NCBI GenBank assembly: GCA_964565875.1
Contig: CAZMGP010000016.1
Location: 12,269-76,268, forward strand
Direction: 5' to 3'
DNA length: 64,000 nucleotides
From: an uncultured Enterobacteriaceae bacterium
Lineage (GTDB): Bacteria > Pseudomonadota > Gammaproteobacteria > Burkholderiales > SG8-39
Numbering within the stretch: the stretch's first letter is position 1; every line of letters begins with the position of its first letter. Shown here in pieces: positions 19,283 to 30,167 of the stretch. The notes beneath the pieces were generated by a model. It had not been told where the DNA came from. It ran no database searches and saw nothing but the letters and a program-made list of their open reading frames with translations. The position numbers and the translations under genes were made by a program.

Positions 19283-20425
19283 ATGAGCGAGTCGAAATCA
19301 CGAAAGTATCCCGCCGTGTTCATGCGCGGCGGCACCAGCAAGGCGATCGTCTTCCATGCGCGCGACCTGCCGGAGGAGCGCGCTGCCTGGGACGAGATCT
19401 TCCTATCCGCCATGGGCAGCCCCGACCCGCACGGGCGGCAGCTCGACGGCATGGGCGGAGGCATCTCTTCGCTATCCAAGGTGTGCGTGATCACGCCTTC
19501 GCGGCGCGACGACGCGGACATCGACTACACCTTCGCCCAGGTGCAAGTGAAGGAGGCAAAAGTGGATTACAGCGGCAACTGCGGCAACATGTCTTCTGCC
19601 GTCGGACCCTTCGCCGTGGACGAAGGCATCGTCCCGGCTGCGGACGGCGATGCCCTGGTGCGCATTTACAACACCAATACCAGGAAGATCATTCATGCCA
19701 CTTTCCGCGTGGCCGGCGGCCGCGCCGCGGTGGCGGGCGAATTGGAGATTCCCGGTGTCGCCGGCACCGGCTCGCCTGTGCGGCTGGACTTCATCAATCC
19801 GGGCGGGGCCACTACCGGCCGCCTGCTGCCGACGGGCAAGAGCGCGGATACGCTCGACGTCCCCGGCCTGGGCCGCATCGCCGTGTCCATGATCGACGCC
19901 GCGAATGCCTGCGCCTTCGTCGCCGCGAGCAGCCTCGGTCTAAAGGGCACCGAAATGCCGGACGAGCTCGATCGCGACGCGGCGGCGATGGCGAAGCTTG
20001 CCGCCATCCGCCTGCAGGCCTCGATGGCGATGGGCATCAGCCGCGACCTGGAGGCGGCGCGCGCGAAGAAGGCCGTGCCCTACATCGGCTTCGTCTCTCC
20101 GCCGCAGGATGCGATCACGCTCTCGGGTGAACGCCTGCCCGCCGAGGCTGCCGATCTGACCGTGCGCATGATCTCCAACGGCCAGCCGCACCGGGCGCTG
20201 CCGCTCACCGCTTCGCTTTGTGCCGCGGTCGCGGCGCGGATTGCAGGTAGCGTGGTTCAGGCGGCCGCCCGCGCGGGTGCGGGCGAGCGGCTACGCCTGG
20301 CGATGCCCTCGGGCGTGCTCACCGTAGGCGCCGAGGCGGCACAAGTCGCCGGCGCCTGGCAGGCGACGCGCGGGTCGTTCTATCGCACGGCGCGGCGACT
20401 GTTCGAAGGTTACGTCTACGCGTAA
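19283..20425 (+). CDS. PrpF-family isomerase (2-methylaconitate isomerase / 4-oxalomesaconate tautomerase family)
   Basis: 380 aa with N-terminal AVFMRGGTSKA motif typical of PrpF-family proteins. Confidence 0.78.
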   Translation: MSESKSRKYPAVFMRGGTSKAIVFHARDLPEERAAWDEIFLSAMGSPDPHGRQLDGMGGGISSLSKVCVITPSRRDDADIDYTFAQVQVKEAKVDYSGNCGNMSSAVGPFAVDEGIVPAADGDALVRIYNTNTRKIIHATFRVAGGRAAVAGELEIPGVAGTGSPVRLDFINPGGATTGRLLPTGKSADTLDVPGLGRIAVSMIDAANACAFVAASSLGLKGTEMPDELDRDAAAMAKLAAIRLQASMAMGISRDLEAARAKKAVPYIGFVSPPQDAITLSGERLPAEAADLTVRMISNGQPHRALPLTASLCAAVAARIAGSVVQAAARAGAGERLRLAMPSGVLTVGAEAAQVAGAWQATRGSFYRTARRLFEGYVYA

Positions 20426-20631
20426 ACCAGAATTGCGTGCGCCGATTGCAGCGCAGCATTGTCTTCGCCGGGTTTGGCCACTGGACGACAGAACTAGAAC
20501 TGTTTAGCATGATCTAAATACATGAAGTCGGCCACGCGTGCGTTGCACGTCAAAAAATAGAATCAGAGCCGACGCGGGAACAGGACGCAGGCATGCGCTT
20601 TTTTGTTCACCCAGAGAGAAGGAGAAGGAAA

Positions 20632-21987
20632 ATGACCTCGAATAAGCCGTTCACGCGGCGCAAGTTTCTGGCGACCACCGCCGCCACCTCGGCAGTCACG
20701 CTCACCCCCCCGTTCATCCGCACCGCGAAAGCCGCCGGCAAGCTCTCGGTCGGTTTCTGGGACCACTGGGTTCCGAACGCCAACAACACCCTGACCAAGC
20801 TGTGCAACGAGTGGGCGGCGAAGGAGAAGGTCGACATCAAGATCGACTACATCACTTCGCAGGGCGCGAAGAACGAACTGACCATCGTCGCCGAGGCTCA
20901 GGCGAAATCGGGCCACGACATCCTGCAATTCCCGGCCTGGTACACCTCCGACCAGGCGAAGAACCTGGTTGCGGTCGACGACCTCATGGCTGCGGCGATG
21001 AAGGCGAACGGCAACGCGCCTGCGGTTGTCGAGTTCCTCGGCAAAGTCGGCGGCCACTGGATGGCCATGCCCGCAACCACCGGCAGCCAGGTCAAGGGCC
21101 CTTGCGGGCGCATCGACCTGCTGAAGAAGTTCGCCGGACTCGACGTCGTCAAGATGTATCCGGGCGCAGGCGGCAAGCCGGACCAGGCGCTGCAGGACCA
21201 GTGGACCTGGGACGCCTTCCTCGCGGCGGCGGAGAAATGCCACAAGGGTGGCAATCCCTTCGGCGTCGGATTCGGGCAGACGACCGACTCGGTCGACTGG
21301 GTCGGTGCGCTGTTCCATGCCTTCGGCTCGCAGCTCGTCGACGAGAAAGGCAATATCACGGTGAAGTCCGACGCCACCAAACAGGTGCTGCAGTACGCGC
21401 AGCGGCTGGTCAAGGTCGTGCCGCCGGACGTGTTCGCCTGGGACGACGCATCGAACAACAAATATCTGATCTCCGGTCAGGGATCGCTCATCATGAATCC
21501 GCCCAGCGCCTGGGCGGTGGCCAAGCGCGACAACATCAAGGTCGCCGAACAGTGCTGGACCTTCCCTTCGCCGAAGGGGCCGAAAGGCCGCTACGCGCCG
21601 GGTCTGCCGTTCTTCTGGGGCATCTGGAACTGGTCGAAGAACATTCCGGCCGCAAAAAGCCTGCTCGCGTACCTGGCGCAGCGCTCCTCCATCGAGCAGC
21701 TGGTCAACGCCAGCGACGGCTACGACATTCCCGGCTACTCCGGACTGCGCGATTTCAAGATCTGGTCGGAGGAAGGCCCGCCCAAGGGCACGGTGTACAA
21801 CTATCCGCCGCGGACTGACCAGATCGTGTCGATCGCCGGCGCACCCGCGCCGGTGCGGATCGCCAACCAGATCTACACCCAGGCGACCATGACCAAGATG
21901 ATCGCCAAGTGCACTCAGGGCGGCCAGTCGGTCGACCAGGCGATCGGCTGGGCGGCATCGGAACTCGAAGGCTTCATGCGGGCCTAG
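20632..21987 (+). CDS. Sugar-type ABC transporter substrate-binding protein, Tat signal
   Basis: ATG at 20632 preceded by AAGGAGAAGG. TRRKFLATTAATSAVTL signal. Extracellular solute-binding family-1-like. Confidence 0.85.
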   Translation: MTSNKPFTRRKFLATTAATSAVTLTPPFIRTAKAAGKLSVGFWDHWVPNANNTLTKLCNEWAAKEKVDIKIDYITSQGAKNELTIVAEAQAKSGHDILQFPAWYTSDQAKNLVAVDDLMAAAMKANGNAPAVVEFLGKVGGHWMAMPATTGSQVKGPCGRIDLLKKFAGLDVVKMYPGAGGKPDQALQDQWTWDAFLAAAEKCHKGGNPFGVGFGQTTDSVDWVGALFHAFGSQLVDEKGNITVKSDATKQVLQYAQRLVKVVPPDVFAWDDASNNKYLISGQGSLIMNPPSAWAVAKRDNIKVAEQCWTFPSPKGPKGRYAPGLPFFWGIWNWSKNIPAAKSLLAYLAQRSSIEQLVNASDGYDIPGYSGLRDFKIWSEEGPPKGTVYNYPPRTDQIVSIAGAPAPVRIANQIYTQATMTKMIAKCTQGGQSVDQAIGWAASELEGFMRA

Positions 21988-22070
21988 GGTCCGCGGCCGG
22001 TGATCGTTCCCCGGCGGGAGGCACGCCTCCCGCCGGAGCTTTGTCCAAGCCGCAATCCCGAGGGGACCTT

Positions 22071-23000
22071 ATGTCAGATACCGCAGCGAGCCACGCAGGT
22101 TCGCCCGCCGCAGCCCGCCGCCTGACGATGAAGAAGTTCGCGCGGCGCAAATCCACGATCGCGTTCGTCATGGCGCTGCCGCTGATTCTGCTGATCACCC
22201 TGCTGGTGATCTATCCGGCGCTGTATTCCATGCATCTCGCGACGCTGAACAAGTCGATGGAGCGCTTCGTCGGCTTCGGCAATTTCGAGTTCCTCTTCAA
22301 GCGCGACACCTTCTGGATGGTGGTCAAGCAATCGTGCATCTTCGCCCTCAGCGCAGTGTTCTTCAAAGCGCTGATCGGCTTCATCGTGGCGCACTTCGTC
22401 CACAACATTCCCGCCAAGGGCCAGCGCAAATGGCGCGGCATGCTGCTCGTGCCCTGGGTGATCCCGCCGGCGATGAGCACGCTCGGCTGGTTCTGGCTGT
22501 TCGACCCGACCTACAGTGCGTTCAACTGGATTTTCGTGCGCATCGGCATCGAGCCCGTGAACTGGCTCGGCGACCCGCTGTGGGCGCGCTTCTCGGTGAT
22601 CCTGGTGAACATCTGGTACGGCGCGCCCTTCTTCCTCATCATGTACCTCGCGGCGCTCAAATCGGTGCCGGAGCAGCTGTTCGAGGCGGCCTCGATCGAC
22701 GGCGCCAACTGGTGGCAGAAGATCTGGTACATCACGCTGCCGATGATGCGCAATATCATCTCCATCACCGTGCTGTTCTCGCTCATCGTCACCTTCGCCA
22801 ACTTCGACATCGTGCGCGTCCTGACTTATGGCGGTCCCGTGGACCAGACGCACGTGTTCGCCACTTGGGCCTTCATGCTCGGCATCCAGGGCAACGACAT
22901 TCCGCTAGGCGCGAGCGTCTCGCTGTTCATGTTCCCGATCCTCGCCGTATCGGCGATTTTCATCCTGCGCGGCGTGAACAAGCGCACCAGCGAGGCCTGA
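22071..23000 (+). CDS. Sugar ABC transporter permease (MalF-type)
   Basis: Internal ATG at 22071. Six-TM pattern and EAASIDGA EAA-loop motif. Confidence 0.85.
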   Translation: MSDTAASHAGSPAAARRLTMKKFARRKSTIAFVMALPLILLITLLVIYPALYSMHLATLNKSMERFVGFGNFEFLFKRDTFWMVVKQSCIFALSAVFFKALIGFIVAHFVHNIPAKGQRKWRGMLLVPWVIPPAMSTLGWFWLFDPTYSAFNWIFVRIGIEPVNWLGDPLWARFSVILVNIWYGAPFFLIMYLAALKSVPEQLFEAASIDGANWWQKIWYITLPMMRNIISITVLFSLIVTFANFDIVRVLTYGGPVDQTHVFATWAFMLGIQGNDIPLGASVSLFMFPILAVSAIFILRGVNKRTSEA

Positions 23001-23002
23001 GC

Positions 23003-23911
23003 ATGAGCGCAATCGCCGCCACCGCCGGACGGACGGGCAAAACTAGCCGCGGCAGCATCCAGAGCGGCCGCCGCTGGGCGCTCATCTGGTCCTACATCTT
23101 TCTCGCGATCTTCGCGGCGTTCTTCCTGATGCCGCCGCTATACATGCTGGTCACTTCGTTGAAGAGCAGCGCCGAGGTTTCGGCGATCACCAACCCCTGG
23201 TGGGTGTATCACCCGACGCTGGAGAACTACGAGGCGCTGCTCGGCTCGGCGACCTACATGACGTTCTTCCGCAATTCGGCGGTGATCGCGGCGATCGTGG
23301 TGGTTGTCACCATGCTGATCAGCGTACCGGCGGCGTTCGCCCTGTCGCGCATGCGCTTCTGGGGCTCGGCGACGCTCGCGACCGGCGTATTCCTCACCTA
23401 CCTCGTGCCCGACACGCTGCTGTTCATCCCGCTGTTCAAGATCTTCGCCTGGATCCACGAGCACACCGGCATCGAACTGATCAACCACTGGTGGGCGCTG
23501 ATCATCATCTATCCCACGCTGACGGTGCCTTTCGCCACCTGGATCCTGATCGCCTATTTCGCCTCGATCCCGAAGGAACTCGACGAAGCGGCCTTGATCG
23601 ACGGCGCGGGCTACGTGCAGATGTTGACCAAGATCTTCATTCCGGTGGCGTTGCCCGGGATCATCGCCGCCACGATCTTTGCCTTCACCGTCGCCTGGTC
23701 GCAGTTCCTCTATCCGCTCGCCTTCACCACTTCCGCGGACCAGCTGGTGCTGCCGGTCGGGATCGTCACCACCCTGATCAAGGGCGACGTGTACAACTGG
23801 GGCCAGATCATGACGGGCGCGCTGCTCGGCGCGGCGCCGCCGCTCCTCATTTACGCTTTTCTCATGGACTATTACATCGCCGGACTCACAGCCGGCGCGA
23901 CCAAGGGGTAG
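23003..23911 (+). CDS. Sugar ABC transporter permease (MalG-type)
   Basis: Internal ATG at 23003, 2 nt after the upstream stop. [11 protein letters not shown]-loop motif. Confidence 0.85.
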   Translation: MSAIAATAGRTGKTSRGSIQSGRRWALIWSYIFLAIFAAFFLMPPLYMLVTSLKSSAEVSAITNPWWVYHPTLENYEALLGSATYMTFFRNSAVIAAIVVVVTMLISVPAAFALSRMRFWGSATLATGVFLTYLVPDTLLFIPLFKIFAWIHEHTGIELINHWWALIIIYPTLTVPFATWILIAYFASIPKELDEAALIDGAGYVQMLTKIFIPVALPGIIAATIFAFTVAWSQFLYPLAFTTSADQLVLPVGIVTTLIKGDVYNWGQIMTGALLGAAPPLLIYAFLMDYYIAGLTAGATKG

Positions 23912-23915
23912 ACGC

Positions 23916-25019
<1,104 letters not shown>

Positions 25020-25078
25020 GCGAGCTTGAATAGCCGCGCAGCGCCGTCCTGCGCGCAGATCCCCGCGCCGTCCGAGTG

Positions 25079-26131
25079 CTAGAGGATGCGCAGGCCTTCG
25101 CCCGCGCGCATCGTGCCGATGCGCCGCGCGGCGGCGAAACCCTGCTTCTTGAATTCTGCCAGCACCTCGGCTTCCGCTTCGGGCGCACAGGAGACGAGCA
25201 AGCCGCCGCTCGTCTGTGGATCGGTGATGAGCGTCTTCTTCCACTCGGGCGCAGCCGCCGGCATGCGCACTTCGCCGCCATAGCCGCTCCAGTTGCGCCC
25301 GGTCGCACCGGTCGCCGTGCCCTGCTCGGCGAAGCGCCGTGCCTCGTCGATGATGGGCAGATCGTCGAAGCACACTTCGGCGCCCAGATCCGAGCCGCGG
25401 CAGATTTCGAGCAGATGTCCGGCAAGCCCAAAGCCGGTGACGTCGGTCATGGCGTGCACGCCGGAGAGTTGTCCCAGCCGCGTTCCCGGCGTATTCAACT
25501 GAGTGGTGGCGGCGATCATCTGCGCGTAGCCTTCGGCTGAAAGCGCGCCCTTCTTCAGCGCCGCCGAAAGCACGCCCACGCCCAGCGGTTTGCCAAGGAC
25601 GAGGACGTCGCCCGCCAGCGCGCGGTCGTTACGCTTCACCCTCTCCGGATGCACCAGTCCGAGCCCGACCAAGCCGTAGATCGGCTCGAGCACGTCGATC
25701 GAATGGCCGCCGGCGATGGGGATACCCGCGCTCGCGCACACCGATTCCCCCCCAGCGAGTATCTTCTGGATCACTTCCACCGGCAGTTTATCGAGCGGCA
25801 TGCCGACGATGGCGAGCGCCATGATGGGATAGCCGCCCATGGCGTAGATGTCGGAGAGCGCATTGGTCGCGGCGATGCGCCCGAAATCGTAGGGATCGTC
25901 GACGATGGGGGTGAAGAAGTCGGTGGTCGCGACCAGCGCCTGATCATCGTTCAAGCGATAGACCGCGGCGTCGTCGCTTGACTCCGTTCCCACCAGCAGG
26001 TCCTTGGGCAGCGCCCGCAGCGGTGTCGCGGCGAGCAGCTCGGTGAGCACCCCAGGGGCGATTTTGCAACCGCAGCCGCCGCCGTGGGAAAACTGCGTCA
26101 GGCGAAAAGGAATGTCGGCAGGCTTGTTCAT
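25079..26131 (-). CDS. selD: Selenide, water dikinase (Cys-type)
   Basis: Internal ATG at 26131, 350 aa. N-terminal SHGGGCGCKI motif (Cys, not Sec) and AIR-synthase-like fold motifs. Confidence 0.92.
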   Translation of the reverse strand: MNKPADIPFRLTQFSHGGGCGCKIAPGVLTELLAATPLRALPKDLLVGTESSDDAAVYRLNDDQALVATTDFFTPIVDDPYDFGRIAATNALSDIYAMGGYPIMALAIVGMPLDKLPVEVIQKILAGGESVCASAGIPIAGGHSIDVLEPIYGLVGLGLVHPERVKRNDRALAGDVLVLGKPLGVGVLSAALKKGALSAEGYAQMIAATTQLNTPGTRLGQLSGVHAMTDVTGFGLAGHLLEICRGSDLGAEVCFDDLPIIDEARRFAEQGTATGATGRNWSGYGGEVRMPAAAPEWKKTLITDPQTSGGLLVSCAPEAEAEVLAEFKKQGFAAARRIGTMRAGEGLRIL

Positions 26132-26233
26132 CGAGCTGGCGCTCCGTTTGGTGACGGGGATTGCTGTAAACTTGCGGATGATTCTAAAACATAGAAGCCG
26201 CAGGCGTAGGCGCTGCGGCTTCGACGAAAATCC

Positions 26234-27295
26234 GTGAAATTTCCAAAGGTGGTTACCGTAGCACAGCTCGCCGAGTTTGACGAGGTGATCGACGTGCGCT
26301 CGCCGGCGGAATACGTCGAAGACCATGTTCCCGGCGCGGTCAACTGCCCGGTTCTGGACGACGCCGAGCGCGCGGCGATCGGTACCCTGTACAAGCAGGT
26401 ATCGCCGTTCGATGCGAAGAAGCGCGGCGCCGCGCTGGTGGCGAAGAACATCGCGCAGCACATCGAGCAGAAGTTCGCCGATCGCGGCAAGGGTTGGCGC
26501 CCGCTCGTCTACTGCTGGCGCGGCGGCAAGCGCAGCGGCGCCATGGCACACATCCTGTCCGAGATCGGCTGGCACGCGGCGCAGTTGGAAGGCGGTTATC
26601 GCGCCTACCGCCGCGAAATACTGACGCAACTCGCAGAGCTGCCGACGCGCTTTGCCTACCGCGTCATCTGCGGCGCCACCGGCAATGCGAAAAGCCGTCT
26701 GCTCGAGGCCTTGGCCGAGGCGGGGGCGCAGGTGCTCGACCTCGAAGCGATCGCCAGCCACCGCGGCTCGGTGCTGGGCGATCTCCCCGAACGGGCGCAG
26801 CCGTCGCAGAAGATGTTCGACAGCCTGGTGTGGGACGCCCTGCGCCGGTTCGATCCCAAGCGCTGCGTGTATGTCGAGGCGGAGAGCAGGAAGATCGGCC
26901 AACTGCAGGTTGCGCAACCCCTGCTCGAGCGCATGCGCGCGAGCCCCTGCGTACAGATCGAGGCGCCGATGTCCGAGCGCGTGGCCTTTCTCATCGAAGA
27001 ATACGGACATTTCCTCGGCGACCCGCAGGAGCTGAAGGCGAAGCTCGCGGCGCTAGCCCACCTGCACAGCAAGGAAACGCTCGCGCGCTGGATGGAGGAA
27101 GTCGACGCAAAGCAGTGGGATGCGCTCGTCGCCGACCTACTCGTCAACCACTACGACCCGGCTTACCGCCGCGCGACGCTGAAGAACTTCAGCCAGCTCG
27201 CCCTCGCGCCGGTGCTGCGGCCGGCGCAGCTCGACGCGGCAACGCTTGCGCGCATCGCGCGCGGGCTCGTCGCCGAGGAAAACGCGGAACGCTAA
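26234..27295 (+). CDS. selU: tRNA 2-selenouridine synthase
   Basis: GTG start, 353 aa. N-terminal rhodanese domain (VYCWRGGKRS active-site loop) and P-loop-like GATGNAKS. Divergent from selD. Confidence 0.86.
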   Translation: MKFPKVVTVAQLAEFDEVIDVRSPAEYVEDHVPGAVNCPVLDDAERAAIGTLYKQVSPFDAKKRGAALVAKNIAQHIEQKFADRGKGWRPLVYCWRGGKRSGAMAHILSEIGWHAAQLEGGYRAYRREILTQLAELPTRFAYRVICGATGNAKSRLLEALAEAGAQVLDLEAIASHRGSVLGDLPERAQPSQKMFDSLVWDALRRFDPKRCVYVEAESRKIGQLQVAQPLLERMRASPCVQIEAPMSERVAFLIEEYGHFLGDPQELKAKLAALAHLHSKETLARWMEEVDAKQWDALVADLLVNHYDPAYRRATLKNFSQLALAPVLRPAQLDAATLARIARGLVAEENAER

Positions 27296-28434
27296 GCGGG
27301 GATCGCTTCGCCGGCGAGCGCGATCGCCCGGTATTGGGTGAGCGAAGGCACGTCGGGCGCGACGCGCATCAGCCGCGCGCCGAGGTCAATCACCACCGAA
27401 GCGACGGTCTCGATGCGCATCTCCGGCGCCAGCGAAGCATCGGGCCGGCGGCAGATCGACAGGAAACCGTCCGTCTCGTCGCGCAGCGCGGCCTCGAGAT
27501 CCTCGGGTGAGAATTTGCCGGCATGGCCGCGCACGATCTCACCGATGCGTTCCAGACGCGGATAGGTGGAGAGGCTGGGCGCGAGCGAGGCCTCGTCCTG
27601 CGCCGCTTCCGGCGCAAGAAAATGATTGGTGTGGCAAAGCGTCGCACCCTCGCCTCGCACCGGATACAGCCCGCGCGGCGAGAACTCGAGCGCGGCCAGG
27701 GCGCCGGAGGCATCCGCGCAGAGGACATTCGACGACCCGCCGAAAGCGAGCTTGGACGCATAGGCGATCGCCTGCTCCACGTCGTCCAGCCTGAGCAGCG
27801 CCGCAAGCAATACATGCACCGGCACGCCGGTGCGGCTGCCGTCGTCGGATGAGCGCAGGATGTTGAGGCAGACACCAAAGCCGCGGTCGTTGAGACCGAT
27901 CTTCGCGAGCATCCCCGCCTCGGTGAGGGTGAGGGAAGCGGAGCCGTCCGGCTCGCGCCGGCGCAACAGGATCAGGCTCGCGCGCTGCGCCCCCAGCCAG
28001 TCCCAATTCTGCGCGAGCAGCGTCGTGCCCGTCGTGCTGCGCTCGGGCTTCACCGCGATCGCGGTGCACTCGCCCCAGTCGGGCACGCCCGCTTGCGCAT
28101 TGGCGCGCGCGATTTTCTTCCAATCGACGTGTGCCTCGCCCGGATAGCTCGGCGGCAGGATCTCGGTACGGGCGTTGAGGGCGAGAATCTCGTTCACCTG
28201 GCGGCCGGCGCCCGCGGCGATGCCTTCGATCTCTTCCAGGAAGTCCGGGTGCAGGTCGCCGATCAAACGACGGTAACCCGCGGCGCGCTCCTGCGCCCCG
28301 CTCCAGGGTATGCCGCAGAAAGCGAACAGCCTGGCGTAGGTCGCAATCGAGCGCTCGATGCGGATGCGCGCGCGGCTGCCGTGGATTCTGCCACGCTCAC
28401 GCGCGGGCCCCGAGACGTCGATAAGCGGAAACAT
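27292..28434 (-). CDS. C45-family peptidase / acyl-CoA:6-APA acyltransferase-like protein
   Basis: 380 aa. WGECTAIAV resembles the Gly-Cys self-processing nucleophile site. LAQNWDW motif. Family assignment is from memory. Confidence 0.65.
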   Translation of the reverse strand: MFPLIDVSGPARERGRIHGSRARIRIERSIATYARLFAFCGIPWSGAQERAAGYRRLIGDLHPDFLEEIEGIAAGAGRQVNEILALNARTEILPPSYPGEAHVDWKKIARANAQAGVPDWGECTAIAVKPERSTTGTTLLAQNWDWLGAQRASLILLRRREPDGSASLTLTEAGMLAKIGLNDRGFGVCLNILRSSDDGSRTGVPVHVLLAALLRLDDVEQAIAYASKLAFGGSSNVLCADASGALAALEFSPRGLYPVRGEGATLCHTNHFLAPEAAQDEASLAPSLSTYPRLERIGEIVRGHAGKFSPEDLEAALRDETDGFLSICRRPDASLAPEMRIETVASVVIDLGARLMRVAPDVPSLTQYRAIALAGEAIPA

Positions 28435-28523
28435 GTTTTTCCCCTCCTGCGACCCTGCTGCCGGCCGCCGATTTGCCTACTATACTGAATTAATCGATTC
28501 GCCGCCGTCGCGCGCCAGCTTCC

Positions 28524-29078
28524 ATGCGCCCCTTTCCTCGGGCAGCCTTACTCCTCGCCGGGCTCTGTGCCCTGTGGGGGTCGGCGCGCGCCGACGAAGC
28601 CCTGGACGAACTCGTCGCAGCGCGCGATCTCATCTGCGAATTTCACAACACGGGGGCGCCGAGGAGCCTGCTGCGCGGTTTGGTCGAGCCGGAGCGTTTC
28701 GACATGCTGCTGGTGATCGAGGACATCGATCCGCATGCCGCGCGTGCGCGCGCGGTCGCGAGCGACCAGGTGGGCGCAAAGCGCCTGCGCGTCTATCAGA
28801 CCGGCAGCGCCGTGCATTTCGTGCAGGACCGGGGCAGAAGCGTCGTCGTCACGACGGTGACGAGCTGCGAAAGATGGGCGCAGAAAGGCGCGCAGGAAAC
28901 TTGCGTGCGCTATCGCGCGCTCAATTCCTGGCACTTCGACATGTCGGTACACCGCGACCCGGACGCCGCGTTCCGCAAGCTCAGCACCAGCTCCTATTAC
29001 GGCAGCTGCGAGCCCTGGTATCTGGACGGCGTACACTCCGTTGGAAACGCCGCGGGCGCCCCTATAGTCCGCCCATGA
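28524..29078 (+). CDS. Secreted hypothetical protein
   Basis: 184 aa with signal peptide MRPFPRAALLLAGLCALWGSARA, no recognisable domain. The 3' end overlaps the convergent HDAC-like gene by 17 nt. Confidence 0.5.
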   Translation: MRPFPRAALLLAGLCALWGSARADEALDELVAARDLICEFHNTGAPRSLLRGLVEPERFDMLLVIEDIDPHAARARAVASDQVGAKRLRVYQTGSAVHFVQDRGRSVVVTTVTSCERWAQKGAQETCVRYRALNSWHFDMSVHRDPDAAFRKLSTSSYYGSCEPWYLDGVHSVGNAAGAPIVRP

Positions 29079-29985
29079 CCTTGATATGCGCGACCACGCC
29101 ACGGGCGAGCGCCGACAGGTTGTAGCCACCCTCGAGCAAGGACACCATGCGCCCTTCGGCGTGCTTGTCCGCAATCGCTTTCACCTGCGCGGTGACCCAG
29201 GCGTAATCGGCATCCACCAGACGCAGCATGGCCATATCGTCGTCCACATGCGCGTCGAAGCCGGCGGAAAAGAAGACCATCTGCGGCCGATGCTCTTCCA
29301 GTGCGGGCAACCACTGCTCGGTCACCGCCTGGCGAAAAGGCAGGCTGCCGGCGCCGGCCGGCAGCGGCACGTTGACCATGTTGGGCGCCGGGTCCTCGGT
29401 GCCGCTATAGGGGTAGAAGGGGTGCTGGAAAGTGCTGACCATCAAGGCACGGGGGTCGTCGCTGAACGCATCCTCGGTGCCGTTGCCGTGATGCACGTCG
29501 AAATCGACGATGGCGACGCGCTCGAGCCCATGGTGCTCCAGCGCGTGCTTGGCGGCGATGGCGACGTTGTTGAACAGGCAAAAGCCCATGGCGCGATCGC
29601 GCGTCGCGTGGTGTCCCGGCGGACGCACGCTGCAGAATGCGCTCTCCACCTGCCGGGACATGACGAGGTCGGTGGCGAGCACCGCCGCGCCCGCCGCATG
29701 CAGCGCGGCATCCCAGGTGTGCGGATTCATCGCCGTGTCGGGATCGAGGTGCACGGTGCCGGCGGCGGGGGAACTCGAGCGAATGTGGCTGATGTACTCC
29801 ATCGCATGCACCCGCGCGATGCTGCTGATACTCGCTGCGGGCGCTTCGTGATGGACGAGATGCTGGCCGACGCCCGAGGCGATCAGCTGATCCTCGATGG
29901 CGGCGAGCCGCTCGGGACATTCCGGATGGTAGGCCCCCATGTCGTGTTTGCGGCAATGCGGGTGGGTGATGAATGCAGTGGCCAT
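29062..29985 (-). CDS. Histone deacetylase-family (acetoin utilisation / acetylpolyamine amidohydrolase-like) protein
   Basis: 307 aa with RPPGHHA and IVDFDVHHGNGTED zinc/catalytic motifs. Confidence 0.88.
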   Translation of the reverse strand: MATAFITHPHCRKHDMGAYHPECPERLAAIEDQLIASGVGQHLVHHEAPAASISSIARVHAMEYISHIRSSSPAAGTVHLDPDTAMNPHTWDAALHAAGAAVLATDLVMSRQVESAFCSVRPPGHHATRDRAMGFCLFNNVAIAAKHALEHHGLERVAIVDFDVHHGNGTEDAFSDDPRALMVSTFQHPFYPYSGTEDPAPNMVNVPLPAGAGSLPFRQAVTEQWLPALEEHRPQMVFFSAGFDAHVDDDMAMLRLVDADYAWVTAQVKAIADKHAEGRMVSLLEGGYNLSALARGVVAHIKVMGGL

Positions 29986-30006
29986 GACGCACGTCTTGCA
30001 GGCAAT

Positions 30007-30090
30007 GGAAACGGGATCCGCACGAGGGTTTCCTCCTCCTCATATGCGGCGGTATCGGCGGCCGTTTCCGCGCGAGCGGAAGCGGCCGCC
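30007..30090 (+). other. Structured element: hairpin presenting a UUUCCUCCUCCUC loop, overlapping a 15-bp GNRA-capped hairpin
   Basis: Inner stem CCGCA/TGCGG (30018-22/30045-49) with a 22-nt CU-rich loop. Outer stem GGAAACGG/CCGTTTCC (30007-14/30062-69). Competing 15-bp stem 30057-71/30076-90 with GCGA loop. Strand and function unresolved. Confidence 0.35.
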
Positions 30091-30167
30091 TAATGAATAT
30101 TAGCCGAATTCCACGTAAGATGACGAATGCATTGTGAATATTCGCACCGCTCCCGGCCGGCCTGCGG

